The position numbers were made by a program, and so were the translations under genes. Under the pieces are notes generated by a model. It saw only the letters and a list, made by a program, of their open reading frames with translations, did no database searches and was not told the DNA's origin. A DNA stretch of 62,119 bases, filler included, from Choristocarpus tenellus KU-1152 (lineage: Eukaryota > Protista > Phaeophyceae), in the NCBI GenBank assembly GCA_964200185.2. It is 10 parts of 10 records of this genome, joined end to end, with 100 filler letters (N's around TTAATTAATTAA, not from the genome) between each part and the next. Parts side by side here need not be neighbours in the genome. Positions count along the whole stretch, not along the records: positions 22,319 to 44,334 come from CAXNAD020000308.1; 9 more parts are not named here. The stretch is one strand, 5' to 3'. This document shows, piece by piece, positions 26,701 to 38,242 of the stretch (positions are counted from its first letter, which is position 1; each line of letters begins with the position of its first letter).

Positions 26701-27500
26701 CTCTCACTTTTCCGCTTGGCTGCTTCAATCACATTATGCTCTACTTGTGAGGTTTGCCTTGGTCATCCTTTTGACACAAGGCTACTCCCATGTACTGTCC
26801 ATTGTTGAGATGGTCTGTTGCCATTTTCACCAACCGATCCAATGTGGTTGGGGACATTTCATTCTTAGGTTTGATTTCGGTCCAGGTGCCTTGTTAGACC
26901 TTGCCAAAGTCCTTGTGCAGCCTAGGTCACCCGAAGCAGCGACTGTTTGCTTGTTAAGGGGGATATCCTTCACTTGTTCCATCTTGCCAAGTTTGATGTC
27001 CTTTGGTGCAGCTGATATCAAGAATTTGAACTAATAGTGTCTTGCAATCATACTTCTCAGCAGCAAATCAACCAAAGGTTGTTGCACGATTTTGCAGTTC
27101 AGGTGTGATTTGATCTCTCTCAAGTGTTAGGGTCCTCTACCTTCACCGACACAGTCCTTGATAACAATGAGACGTTGAGGGTGTGTGTGTGAAAGATGTC
27201 GATTTTAACTTCAAAACCGTTCAGAATATGCACTTAAGCTACTATATGAAGGTTTTGTGGGGAATAGTAGAGGGCTGTACTATCCTAATGCGAGTGATTT
27301 TTGTAGTCCAGGATCCATTAGGGTTGCTGTGTTGGTCACCGTCACTTCTTGCCAAGACTCTGAGGACACATAATATTTTAATTTAGATATTGAGGATTGG
27401 TGCAATACATTTCGACAAGCCATGCTTGTTCCCCTTCAATATATGGTAACCGAACTCAAAGATCCAAATTTCTACTAGTTGGTTTTATAGTTAGGTAACA
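23800..27500 (-). mobile_element. Mosaic of decayed LTR retrotransposon remnants (Gypsy RT/RNase H-like ~26450-27450; gag-like ~26000-26400)
   Basis: Broken peptides such as HRVALTIKILIKGHEVRL (RNase H-like); many stops. Confidence 0.35.
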
Positions 27501-28399
27501 ATACTATTTATTCAGATGGTTTGGGTGGCGCACACTAGACATTCTTGACCATTTGAAGTGGCTTTTCCCTATAGGTTAGTCCCATTTCTAAAACCCTGCG
27601 TTTGGCGACTCTTTTTGAAGCCTCTTTGCGCTAGGGGTTAGGAAGAGTTCATCATCGAGTGATTCAGACAAAGCACAGAGGAGACTAGTGCAAGGTCCAA
27701 GAAGAGTTTGCTGCAAACCCAACTACTGCAAACTGATTCGATCGGGCTGAAAATGTTCTGAAAGCTAGAGTCAAGGGCAAGAAACCTTCCTACATCATGG
27801 AGGAAGAAAATTGCATTCTTCAACACTAACCAGCATCAAAGCAGGTACTAAGTATATTACTTTGATGATATTTATGTTCGTAATGTGAGCACAAGAGTGT
27901 GATGAAATGTGAGATTTTATTTAGGACCTGTTTGAGTGTCTAGAATAACCAGGGATGAGTGTGGAAGTTGGCGATATCAGAAACATGGTTTGACAATAAT
28001 TTTCTGGAGATTATAATAATTGCCTGTGGGAAGATTCAGAATCTTCAGAACAATTTGCAGATGTGTGTAAGGATGTTTACATACCAATACTGCAAGACAC
28101 CAACAGAAGCAAATTATTATGGTCGCTTGAAGTAAGACAGGATTGTTGCAACCATTTCGTTTGGGTGAACGTAACTTTCTTGATGAGTGAAATTCTATTG
28201 ACAACGTACTAGAATGATTGCAGCATGAGGTGTGTGGACCAAGGGCACAAGAGGATGTTATTGAAAGGTATAACCAGGAGAGACAGCAAGGATATCGTTT
28301 CCACACATTACCATCATGACGATACAACAGTTGAACAGAAACAGAGCTCGGTAGAATGTATCACTGTGACACACTGCTCTTGGTAAAGGTTGTTGATAA

Positions 28400-30550
28400 G
28401 AAGCATTTTAAAGTATGATATTTCCTATTTCATTCTCGGCTATGGCTGATGTTGGCAGCACAGACAAGAACGTTGCTTCCATAGATGATGTCGAAGAGAG
28501 AGCAGAGACTATGGAGACTACTAGGTCTTTGTCTTCTATCACAAGCAGCACCTTGACCTCCATCTCGCCAGTGGTTCCGCCTCATGATTCCAACAAAGTG
28601 GTTGCCACTGGTGGAGCACCACTTGTAGCAAGTCTTCGTTGATTGGTTGAGCCTGAGGTTTTCAGCTCGGTCATTGCTTCCATTATACCTCCATATGAAT
28701 TTGTGAAGTCAATAGTGCCGACAAAGAAAGTGAGGTTCGGCCAACCCCACCTGCACACTCTGCTATGTATGTTGCTCTTGCAAACCACCTCTTAAGTCCA
28801 AGTATTGTTGAGGGTAGAGCTGCGTCCATTTGGGGGCCAAAACCAATGCTGCGGTTTTGATGTAATTTTCGCTATTGTGTTTGTTAGGAAGTGTCAATAT
28901 CCTTCTTCCGGACACACCTTTTCATAACCATATATATTTTACCTACTCCGAAATAATTTGTAGTAGGAAAATCTCCTAAAATCCCCGAGGGAAGTCAAGC
29001 CCCAAACAGACAAACAGGACAAAACTCGTACCCTCTAGGATACTTTCACTCTTGGTCATCAGAGTCGAACTCAGGTGTATCAAAATATTTATCTGATGCA
29101 TCTCCTGATAGGCAGTTGATGTCCTGTTCCTGCACACAGCCCATACCTCTCGCAATCATTAAAACGATTAAACGCCTCCTGCTTGACTCCTCCCTCGACA
29201 GCACTGGCACTTTATTGGAATGGATTTGTATTGCCCCCAGCAAAACAGGGTTATCTCAGTGTTTGCTGGGTCCAATTGAGGCGCTCTTGCAAGCACCACT
29301 TACCCGACCATTCAGGAGTCGTGCCCTAGCACAGCAACAGATGATTCAGGGTACCCAAACACAGTCTGCACAACAGGCACAGAGAGAATCTCTTCCATCT
29401 GGGGCCTTGCCAAAAGGCAGCAATACCCTCCCCAAAGGTTTGTCCCGCAAGGTATCAGAAGTATTATGGTAACAAAATATTCAAGTCCCGTAGCACATAA
29501 CAAAATATATTGCAGGTGGAAAGGATTGGAATGGTTAATGCTTAATCAACGCTTGATGTTGTGAAATAGTTTCATTAATTTGGAAACCTTGAAAGCACAA
29601 CGATAGAACCCAAACCTTGATCTTTCTAGAAGCTGGCTTGTCCTATCACCAAGTTAATTGTTAGGGAAGCAATTCTTGGCAGGTTACACATCCACCCGTT
29701 TACGTTTCCTCCTGAACTACAGACTAGCAGCCACGGATCTCATACTTTCTCCTGAGATGAGCTGTAGCAGGAAAAGTGTTGCTCTCAACAATCTTAATGA
29801 AGGAGCTCCTAGCAGTGTCCGTCCTGAATGTTATGCTTGTGAAGCAGTAGATCTGGAGTGAATCGGAGGCAACAACATTTACCGATATTTCCTCCACTCT
29901 CACCCCCAGCCGCATATTGGCAGAAAAAAGATTCCTATAGGAGAAAAAGTGGAATAAGAATAAAAAGTACTGAGTGGCATACCCAGTCCATCCAATCCTG
30001 AAACACCACTCATCATGTCTCACACAAAGGAAAGAGGTACACAGGAATAATCGATAATCAGCCTGAAAAGAAAAAAAGCAACATTGAGAAAATTGGCATT
30101 AGCAGACACCATTGAGTGTGAATGTGCCCTGATGATCTGCTTTTGAGATGCCGTAAGTGGTGCTCTTAGCATGACACACATCAGTCATCACAGTTTCCCT
30201 GAAATGCCACCTGTCCATAAAGCTGTTTGTACTATCAACCACACACCCATGACGTCTGTGTTGTGTGCTGCCCTTGTGCTCCATACCTGAACCTTGTTTC
30301 GAAACTTCTTGAGGTCATTTTGCGGACACATCCATTAGTTCTTCTCCCATCAACCATGCTTCTTTTTAATGTCCAAATTCCTCGAACAAAATAACTTTCG
30401 GAGTTGCGCATTCTGCATGTGTGAAAACTGACCCAGCGAACGTGATTCTCCGTTCTTACACAGACGTCTTTCGATACTGTCGTACACAGTCTTTGAAAGT
30501 GCAATTCTACCTGGGTACATGATCTGGTTTTGTCGATCCAAATAAAAGAA
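28400..30550 (-). mobile_element. Decayed pogo/Tigger-like DDE transposase remnant
   Basis: Fragments in the order HTH-like, F.AS.GW-like (TFTLNG), I.N.DETGLF-like (ITFRTDTARSSFIK) and an acidic tail (DTPEFDSDDQE); stops and frameshifts. Confidence 0.4.
28794..29051 (-). mobile_element. MITE family A, diverged left TIR, TSD unclear
   Basis: Full internal match to family A; ends in TACCCTCTAGGATACTTTCACTC. Confidence 0.88.
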
Positions 30551-31608
30551 GGATCATACTAATTTGACTGACTGATTGATCATTGCAGATTACTTCAAAT
30601 TATGATGCAATGATGCTTGAAAGAAAAAATGTTTGACAGATATTGTCAACTAGAAGGAATCTTTCTACACCATAGTTGAACCTGTGGTTCCAAAGCCCAT
30701 GCAAAAGTGAGTCACACCAAAAAAGGAATGGGATCTATGTCCAGAAAGAGGTATACCCATCAACAAGTCCACAGAGAAAAGTATACAGAAAGAAAACACA
30801 ATTCAAGTATCAAGTCTGGCATCAAGGACTATTTTTTTGTTCAAGAAGGGGCACATACGCATACACTTCAGAGCATCTAGGTCAAGTCCTTAACACCGGG
30901 TAGATACAACTACCATCAACACCAAGAAGGAGTATCCTAGGCTAGGTAAGCACCCAGCATCCTTTCCCTCCAAAGAACAAAAAGTGAACAAGCTCAGCAT
31001 ACATTATCACATGTTTGTAAAATCCACTTTCGTGCGACGGGCTTCGGCTGCTTCGACCTCAGCAATATGCCAAGCGCCCATGAAGTGTATTGATCAATCT
31101 TCCACACATCTGTGCCACCTGATTGAGTCCTCTGTAAGTGGAATCTTCTAATCGATATCGAAAGCCTTAAGGTCATCTAGGGGGCACCATCACCAGGTTT
31201 CCTCTAGACCTCCCTTCTCCCCCTTTGGTTGTTGACTGGTAAGCTCTCCGAGTAAGAGGTTCTTGGTCAAGTGATCACTGTCCATCTACGATATGAAACC
31301 AGAAAATTGTATCCTCCTTCACAGATGCTGGCCTAAATATACTCTCATTCAGTTCTCTTGAGATCTTCTCTGTAACATATGCAATAGCCTCTACGTTTCC
31401 AATTGTGGAACCCAATGGAGCGCTGTAGGAGTTTACAGCGTTGGACACGGAATTAGGTGTAATGGTCCTTTTTAGTGTCCGTATCATGTTTTTTCAAGTA
31501 GATTTTATCATCACTACAGAAAAACGTTCATGGCGTTTCGTATACAATCATAGAATTACTTCCACCTTGTTCTGTTTGATCAATACCAACGACGATTTTG
31601 CACAGGAT

Positions 31609-34600
31609 ATGACGACAGACGAGAAAATAGATAGAGAGGACTTGCCGAGAAAGACACATGGTGAGATGTCTCGCGTGAGCTGATATGTGCCCAGCCTTGC
31701 CACAAGTCGAGTCTTGTAGGGCTACATGAATTCCCCGACCGGTGCAGTCGATACGAAGCCAGGGTTATTGCTATTCAAGTGGAAGTGAAACATCAAGGAC
31801 ACCATGCATAGGGGACGAATATATCATCGTCGTGCCTAAATCGATACTTTGCGACGTGAATATTCACTGTTCATAGGGAGTTCGATTTACGACAGCAGCA
31901 CTATATACTGGAAAGTTACCCTGTCAGTGCGCCCTGCCCTCTTTGATCTCAGATACAGCCTTCAAGCAGCAACGTTTGGCCGCAGTTCGACCAACAGTGA
32001 CACCAGAGTGGGTTGTGAGCTTGTTCATGATCGTAGGGGTATTGTTTTTGCCGTTCGGGACATGGCTGAAGCTCGAATCAGAGAAGGTGGTGGAGTTGGA
32101 GTTACAGTACGAGGGGATTGGGAAGGATGTCGACTGCTCCATATCTACGCATTTTGAGGGAAGAAAGGCGAGAATTGCACATCCACTGATGGGCTTTGAT
32201 ACGAAGATACTCTTGTGCAGACTTACCACGTCTCTATACATATTCAAGATAATACCTCATATCACAATAAAGATTCACACGTACTTCGCAGGAAGTAATA
32301 TGTATGGCGACACTCCTGTTTACTGTTCCAACCCTTTCTCAGTGTCAGGTGTCCTTCGCCGTGGATCAGGACATGATAGCACCAGTATTTGTGTATCACG
32401 GAGTTGACAGCTTTTACCAGAATCATCGGAAATACGTCAAGTCACGCAGTGACAGTCAACTGGATGGGCAGGTAGGTGGCAAAGTGTTTTGTGATTGCAA
32501 ACACTATTTGAATTTCATTTCCGCATCAACTCGATTCTGAACACAAAACTATAATTCGTTTTCTCGAGTTGATCTACTCTTTCTAGCTGAGAAATGCGCA
32601 CTAGACATAATAATTTCCTTTAATGAGCTATCCACTCGACCACACACTGGATACTGCATTGGCCAGTATTGTGAGTCAAAGTAAACGAAAGGTACCCAGG
32701 TATTGGCCGTTTTGCATTTTATCTAGTATTTGAGTATTTTGCTACACAACTCAGAAAATATCCTACACGCATTTGTACAAATAGCACTTACTGTTTTTAC
32801 ATGTGTTTGTCAGCATCTTTAAAATGCAACTCCGGGTACCTCTCGCTTACTTTCACATTGTACACTGTTGCAATATGACGTCAAAAATATGCAACTTTCC
32901 TTGTCATTTTGCTGTTTGGAAACTATAGGATGGTTGGTAGGCGCTGGTTGTTGGTGGACTTGCTACCACAGGCTGGAAGTATGACATGACCAACTACTGT
33001 TGAGCTAAAGTATCGTAGAGGTAGGGCCTTTTCCATTTGGGGGCCAAAATCCAATGTTGCGATTTTGATGAAATTTTGGCTATGGCCAAAAGTATCTGAG
33101 GGGGGGTGGTGGCTGTCCATTTCAGGTCAATTTTTTCATGTCGCGATTCTTGGGTGGTTTGGGTTGCGTATGTCTGATGGATAATGTAAATGCACTTTTC
33201 CTGATTTTGGGTCAAATGAACACCCTAATGTAGACCCCTCCTCCCCCCCAAGATACTTTTAGTCTATTGTGTTTGTTGGGAAGTGTCAATATCCTTGTTC
33301 CAGACACACCTTTTCATGACGTACACATTTTAACTACTCCGAAACATTTTGGAGTAGGAAAATGTAATAAAAATACACCATGGGAAGTCATGCCCCAAAT
33401 TGACAAACAGAGCAAAACTCATACCCTGTAAGATAGTCTCACTCTGTTCTTGTCCGAAATATGCTCTCAGCAGGACGTAAGCCTTGCATCAGAGAGCTGT
33501 GAGCCGCTTGTTTACAGTGGCTCGAACTTCTTGAATCCATGTGGGCTTGTTGCCAATAGTTTCTTTAATGACATCATTGAGGTCCACAATGCACCGGATC
33601 CATTCAGTCTTGAATCTCCATACACTTATATGGATGAAACAGGAATCAGTTGGTCTACCGGTGAGAACAGCATTTTTATCCTACCACTATATTGCCTCTT
33701 CTCTCAGAGAGATTCCTGTGGAATTCTTCCAACATCATCTATTAACTTGTTGTCCTCGAATAAATGTATCAGTATGGATGTTGAACATAGAATCATTTGC
33801 TGCTTCGATACAACTGTGATAATATAGATGCATCTAGATACACCTCATACCCTGTTCAACCCCTCACAGACCTCTCTCGATTGTTCCACCAGCCGGATGG
33901 ATTTGTTGCATCGGAATGCAGCCCCAACACCCCATGCACCACCTGCCTTGGGTCTGGTTATGAAAACTGCAGCAACTTTACAGATCCAAGAACAGGTGAT
34001 AAAAAAAAACTGTGCTACTTTCAACCATGTAGTAGATTCTTTCAGTGGATGTTGCCAAAAAAATGTTGCTTTGATCAATGCTGATCCCATTTGCACAATT
34101 GAGTATCTATGCAGAACCTGACTCCTGGAGATGCTTGTGGAATAGCTGACATTTCAAGAATTTCTTGTATTCTGGATTATCAATATTGGAGTATTTCAAA
34201 GAAGTTGTTAGTTAGTTGTAACACATTACCCAGATGGCAAGGGTTAGGTTAGGGTATTGCTATATGATGTACTTATGTTTGGGCATACCGAAAAATGGGG
34301 TTCATTTTGTGTAGAAATGATGTTGGAAAATCATAGAAGATGAGACAGGGGTTGAGTGATCAAGCCAATAAAGAAGAAGCTTCAAAAGGTCGACAATATA
34401 GTTGAGGGTTGATGATGATAGGGTTGTGTGGAAACATGTTATGATCAAGGCCAGAGAGTGTCAAATCACACTTCAGGGTTTCAGGAACGTTTAGGGCGCT
34501 CACTACATCAATATGTTACTCAATCGAGCCCAATTCAACCTATGACACTTGACACCGTATATATATTGCGTTTGGGTGCTACATAATTTATTTTACTGTA

Positions 34601-37600
34601 TATCGTAGTCTATTCCCATTTGTCTTCCTCTGAATGAAGTACTAGGTTAGGAATGTTTTTCGGCACGCTTGTGTGCGGTCTGTCCTGATGCCATCTACTC
34701 TGGAGGAATAGGTTTACAGACATTGGTGCTGGAAGCCTTATAACAAAACAAAGAGCCAAAATAGAGGAGTGGTAGGCAGGTTTGGACCCTTTCGCATTCT
34801 AAGCCATCTTCCTAAACCTGTGTAACGCATTCTAATCCATCACTAATATATATATAATATAGGGCAATATAGTGTACCCGAAATTGTTAACCCCCCTTTC
34901 CACACACAAACGCCACAATAAAGCACAGGCCCTTTCTGAAATTTAACAAAACAATATCTTCTTTCCCTTTCTTGGGATCCACAAAATGCAACCCTTCCTA
35001 CCTGTAAATTGGGTTGGCTCAAGTGTGTCAGTAAACTGAAGCTATCCGAGTATGTTGAGGTACTGAAGCGAACATATAGTATTCTAAGAAACATACTGGA
35101 GAGTTGAGACGGCAGCAGGTCCATTTTTCAGATTTAGCCATAGGTCTGCATGGCGTGAGAACACCCCCCTCCAAGAATGAAGTGAGAATGAAGAGGGTGC
35201 TCATGAGGTAAATATCACAATTTATGAACTATCACTTGAAGGAGTTGAGGGAAAACAAATCCCTGTATGTATCATTTTGGCAGATTTGAGTACCAATGTT
35301 ATCTGAGAATTTCTCCATCCACCAAATCCCATATAGGCCTTCAGTATAGCATGATCTCAACCCTTGAGCAACGAGGACTAAGCAATTTAAAGCCACTGCG
35401 AGTCTTTATGACACCTGAAGAGTACAATATTTCTTAGGGTTATCCCGTACTTTCACACTCTAATGATAGTGCGGTCTTGGTCCAGAATTATTATTTAATG
35501 AATTTTGATTCCCAACATTTTGGTGTTAACTTATAAAAAGTAGGGAATTCCCCTTACCCAATTTGTTGCTCTCTACTCGTTTTCGTTATGGTTTTATAAA
35601 CTTTGCAGTGTACTTTATGATAAGTCAGGGAGTATTTAAATTTCACTATGCGATGATATGGGAAAACTTCAGACCTGCTGTGGAGTAGTATGTTAGTATC
35701 CGTTCTCTATTGTCTGATTACCTTTAACGTAAACATGCTTTAGAGTACCACTACACAGACACTTTGTAGCAAGTCTAACTTTGGATACTCCCTGTTTCTC
35801 TGTTAAAATTTACCAATGCCTATGGTTCTCATAGAATGGAAAAATTGGTCTCATTCTTCACTGAAAATGAGCTGAAAATGAGCTGAAAATATCCCAGCTC
35901 CATACTGCTATGCACTTGTTCCCTTGAGTTGAAGGTGAGGAAAAAACCCAGAGCTATACAATATTTTCATTGTCCACCATCCCTTACCCTAAGGTGCTAC
36001 TTTCAAGTACTGGTACCCAGAGGATTCTACCACACAATACTTGTATGAGACTTATCCAAATGTGAGTCTCACAGAAAACTTTCTATCTTGTTTTGAAAGG
36101 ATGGACTTTTGAGTACCTCATTGATTGTTTGATGTAGTAAGGTGGGAATATGATTATCTTGACAATTGTGATCTGGTATAATGCTGTCCTACAAAAAGTG
36201 TTCTGGAGCCGTTGAGCTGGTCTCCCTCCCTCTTTTGGCCGTGAAAGGAAAAATATAGGTGACTCGGTCCCTCAATTCAGTAGCAATGTCGACAGTTATA
36301 AAAGCAACACTTTACACTAACCCTGTATCATTAGCCCTAGCCCTAACATAACTCTATGACCGAGGGTGTAGAGGAGGTTTGCAAGATTATAGTGTATTAT
36401 TGGCTCAATGTGACACTAGACTCCTTTCTCCACATTAGAAGAACTCTTTGTCAATATGACTATGCCTTGGTATGACCCTTTATCGAGTGTGTGTGGCAGT
36501 TGACCAGTTTTTCAAGTTTGTACTGCGGTGTATCTTGTTGTACATTGTGTGTCTCCTTTATCTACCATATGTATGCTCAACAAATATGCAGGTTTGTTCT
36601 TTGTGGGCTATCAGGGAGTTCCAAATCCCAAAGGCAATCATTCTCCCTTCCTGTATAACCTGATTGTTACATGGTGGTATAGCTTTCAATCAGTGCTGTC
36701 CTAACTCCCCCCCCCAAACCTTCTTTGGTGTTGCCTGTTTCTTGGTGTTGAGTCAGGCAGTGAACCCTATCGAGGGGGTCACCAACGAGCATTTCATTGT
36801 CTGGATGCGAGTATCTGCGCTACCCAGCTTTCGAAAGCTCTATGGTCGGATTGACAGCGATGTGAAGGCGCCAGCAACACTAGTATTTAACATAACTTCC
36901 AGTAAGTGTAGAAAAACTCCTTTCAACTCTCCTCGCCAAAGGTTAGATATTAAATTCTAGTTAACTATTTTTTTCAGGGTGTGATGAATGAAATTGTTCC
37001 AATGTAAAGAGAGAATATTCACATCATAGTATATTCAAGTGAATGGTCTGTTCATGGAGCAGAGAGACAACATTTGTTTTTTCTTTATTTTTTAGTGTAC
37101 AGTATTTTCCAACATCGCAAATCTTGTGCCCTCAATCCTCCTGCCTCTAAATGGTCTAGACTATTATGTGGGTGGATTTGGGGGGAAGAAAAGTCTGGTT
37201 ATCACGACATCATCTCCAATTGGAAATCGGAATGGAGTGCTCGGGGGAGTCTATATGTTGGTTGGGGGTGCCAGTTTGGTAGCTGGACTGTTTATACTGT
37301 CAAGGTTTCAGGAAAGACCAAGGTGTGCACCAAACTGTAAGACTCACCCTTCGTAATTTTATTGAGTATACTGCTGCTCCCAACTCTTTGGAGAGGTGAT
37401 GCCATAAGTATTTGTATCCTACTTAAGGATTAGCGGCTATCTTTGACTTGACTACACACACGTTCTGTAGAGCAGCGTCATGTGATGCTTGGATTTCATA
37501 ACTCGAGTAGAAGATGCCTCGCCAATTGTAACCCTAGACAAGGTACCATGCACATGCATAGAGATATTCTTTGCCTTCTCTTGTTGACATTATTCTGAGC

Positions 37601-37963
37601 GGCCTCAACACTCCAGAGTTCCTCTCTTTCAGGGTATATGGTGATCTGCAATACCTGGGTACAACTGATGATTGATACAAGCCACACATTTTATTCTCCT
37701 GGTGCATGCTGTCACAACTGTGGCCTTTGCATTGTTGGCGAACACTGACTCCTGCCAAGGGTGACACTTTGCAGCCCAAGCGTCATCTATGCGGTACATT
37801 GATTGAGAGCTGTCATTACCGTTTAGCATGGTGTGATCATATTTTGCAAAATGGGGGGTGCGATTTCAAATGGCCTTAAGAGGTGTACCACTTAAGTTTG
37901 ATGTTGTACTAGAATTTATATATTTTTTTCCTTTTGTGCAGGCAACACATCTTGTTGTTGTAA
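31609..37963 (+). CDS. CDC50: CDC50/LEM3/ALIS family P4-ATPase flippase beta subunit; exons 31609-31660, 31953-32167, 32343-32471, 33474-33660, 33870-33995, 35994-36061, 36757-36901, 37160-37322 and a last exon (37942-37963, or alternatively 37471-37501)
   Basis: Motifs DTAFKQQRL, TM1, FYQNHRKYVKSRSDSQL, PCGLVANSFFND, NEHFIVWMRVSALPSFRKLYGRI, GGKKSLVITTSSPIGNRN and TM2; all intron phases are consistent. Confidence 0.93.
32673..32857. mobile_element. MITE family C (~185 bp), TSD TTGT (or TGT)
   Basis: GAGTCAAAGTAAACGAAAGGTACCC ... GGGTACCTCTCGCTTACTTTCACA; TTGT on both flanks. Confidence 0.75.
33002..33444 (-). mobile_element. MITE family A, TSD TGTT, carrying a nested family B copy
   Basis: TIRs at both ends; TGTT flanks; the interior is interrupted at GGCTAT|TGTG. 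Confidence 0.9.
33084..33264. mobile_element. MITE family B complete copy (~180 bp), TSD TAT
   Basis: GGCCAAAAGTATCTGAGGGGGGG ... CCCCCCCAAGATACTTTTAGTC; removing it plus one TAT restores the family A consensus. Confidence 0.9.
34773..35000. repeat. Dispersed repeat D; second copy at ~45274-45480
   Basis: Both copies share TAGGCAGGTTTG(G/A)ACCCTTTCGCATTCTAAGCC and CCCCC(C/T)TTCCACACACAA blocks. Confidence 0.7.
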
Positions 37964-38242
37964 GGTGACATTAGGTGGAATAAACACCTTTCTACCCTTG
38001 TACGTCAACCTGCATTTATTGTGGTTCAAGAGGTGGTGGTGTTGAAATCGCATGCACATCTTAAAATGTCTGGGAGGTTGCCAGTAGGCAACATCTATTC
38101 TTGAAAGGAAACTAGCTAATGGGACGATTGGTCTGCGGCAATGTTCAGGTTCTCTAGTGATCTAGTGACTAGGAGTACTACGTAAATATGAGCAGAACCT
38201 CTACTTGGTTCTCTACACAATAGTGGGTTACTAGAGCTTTCA

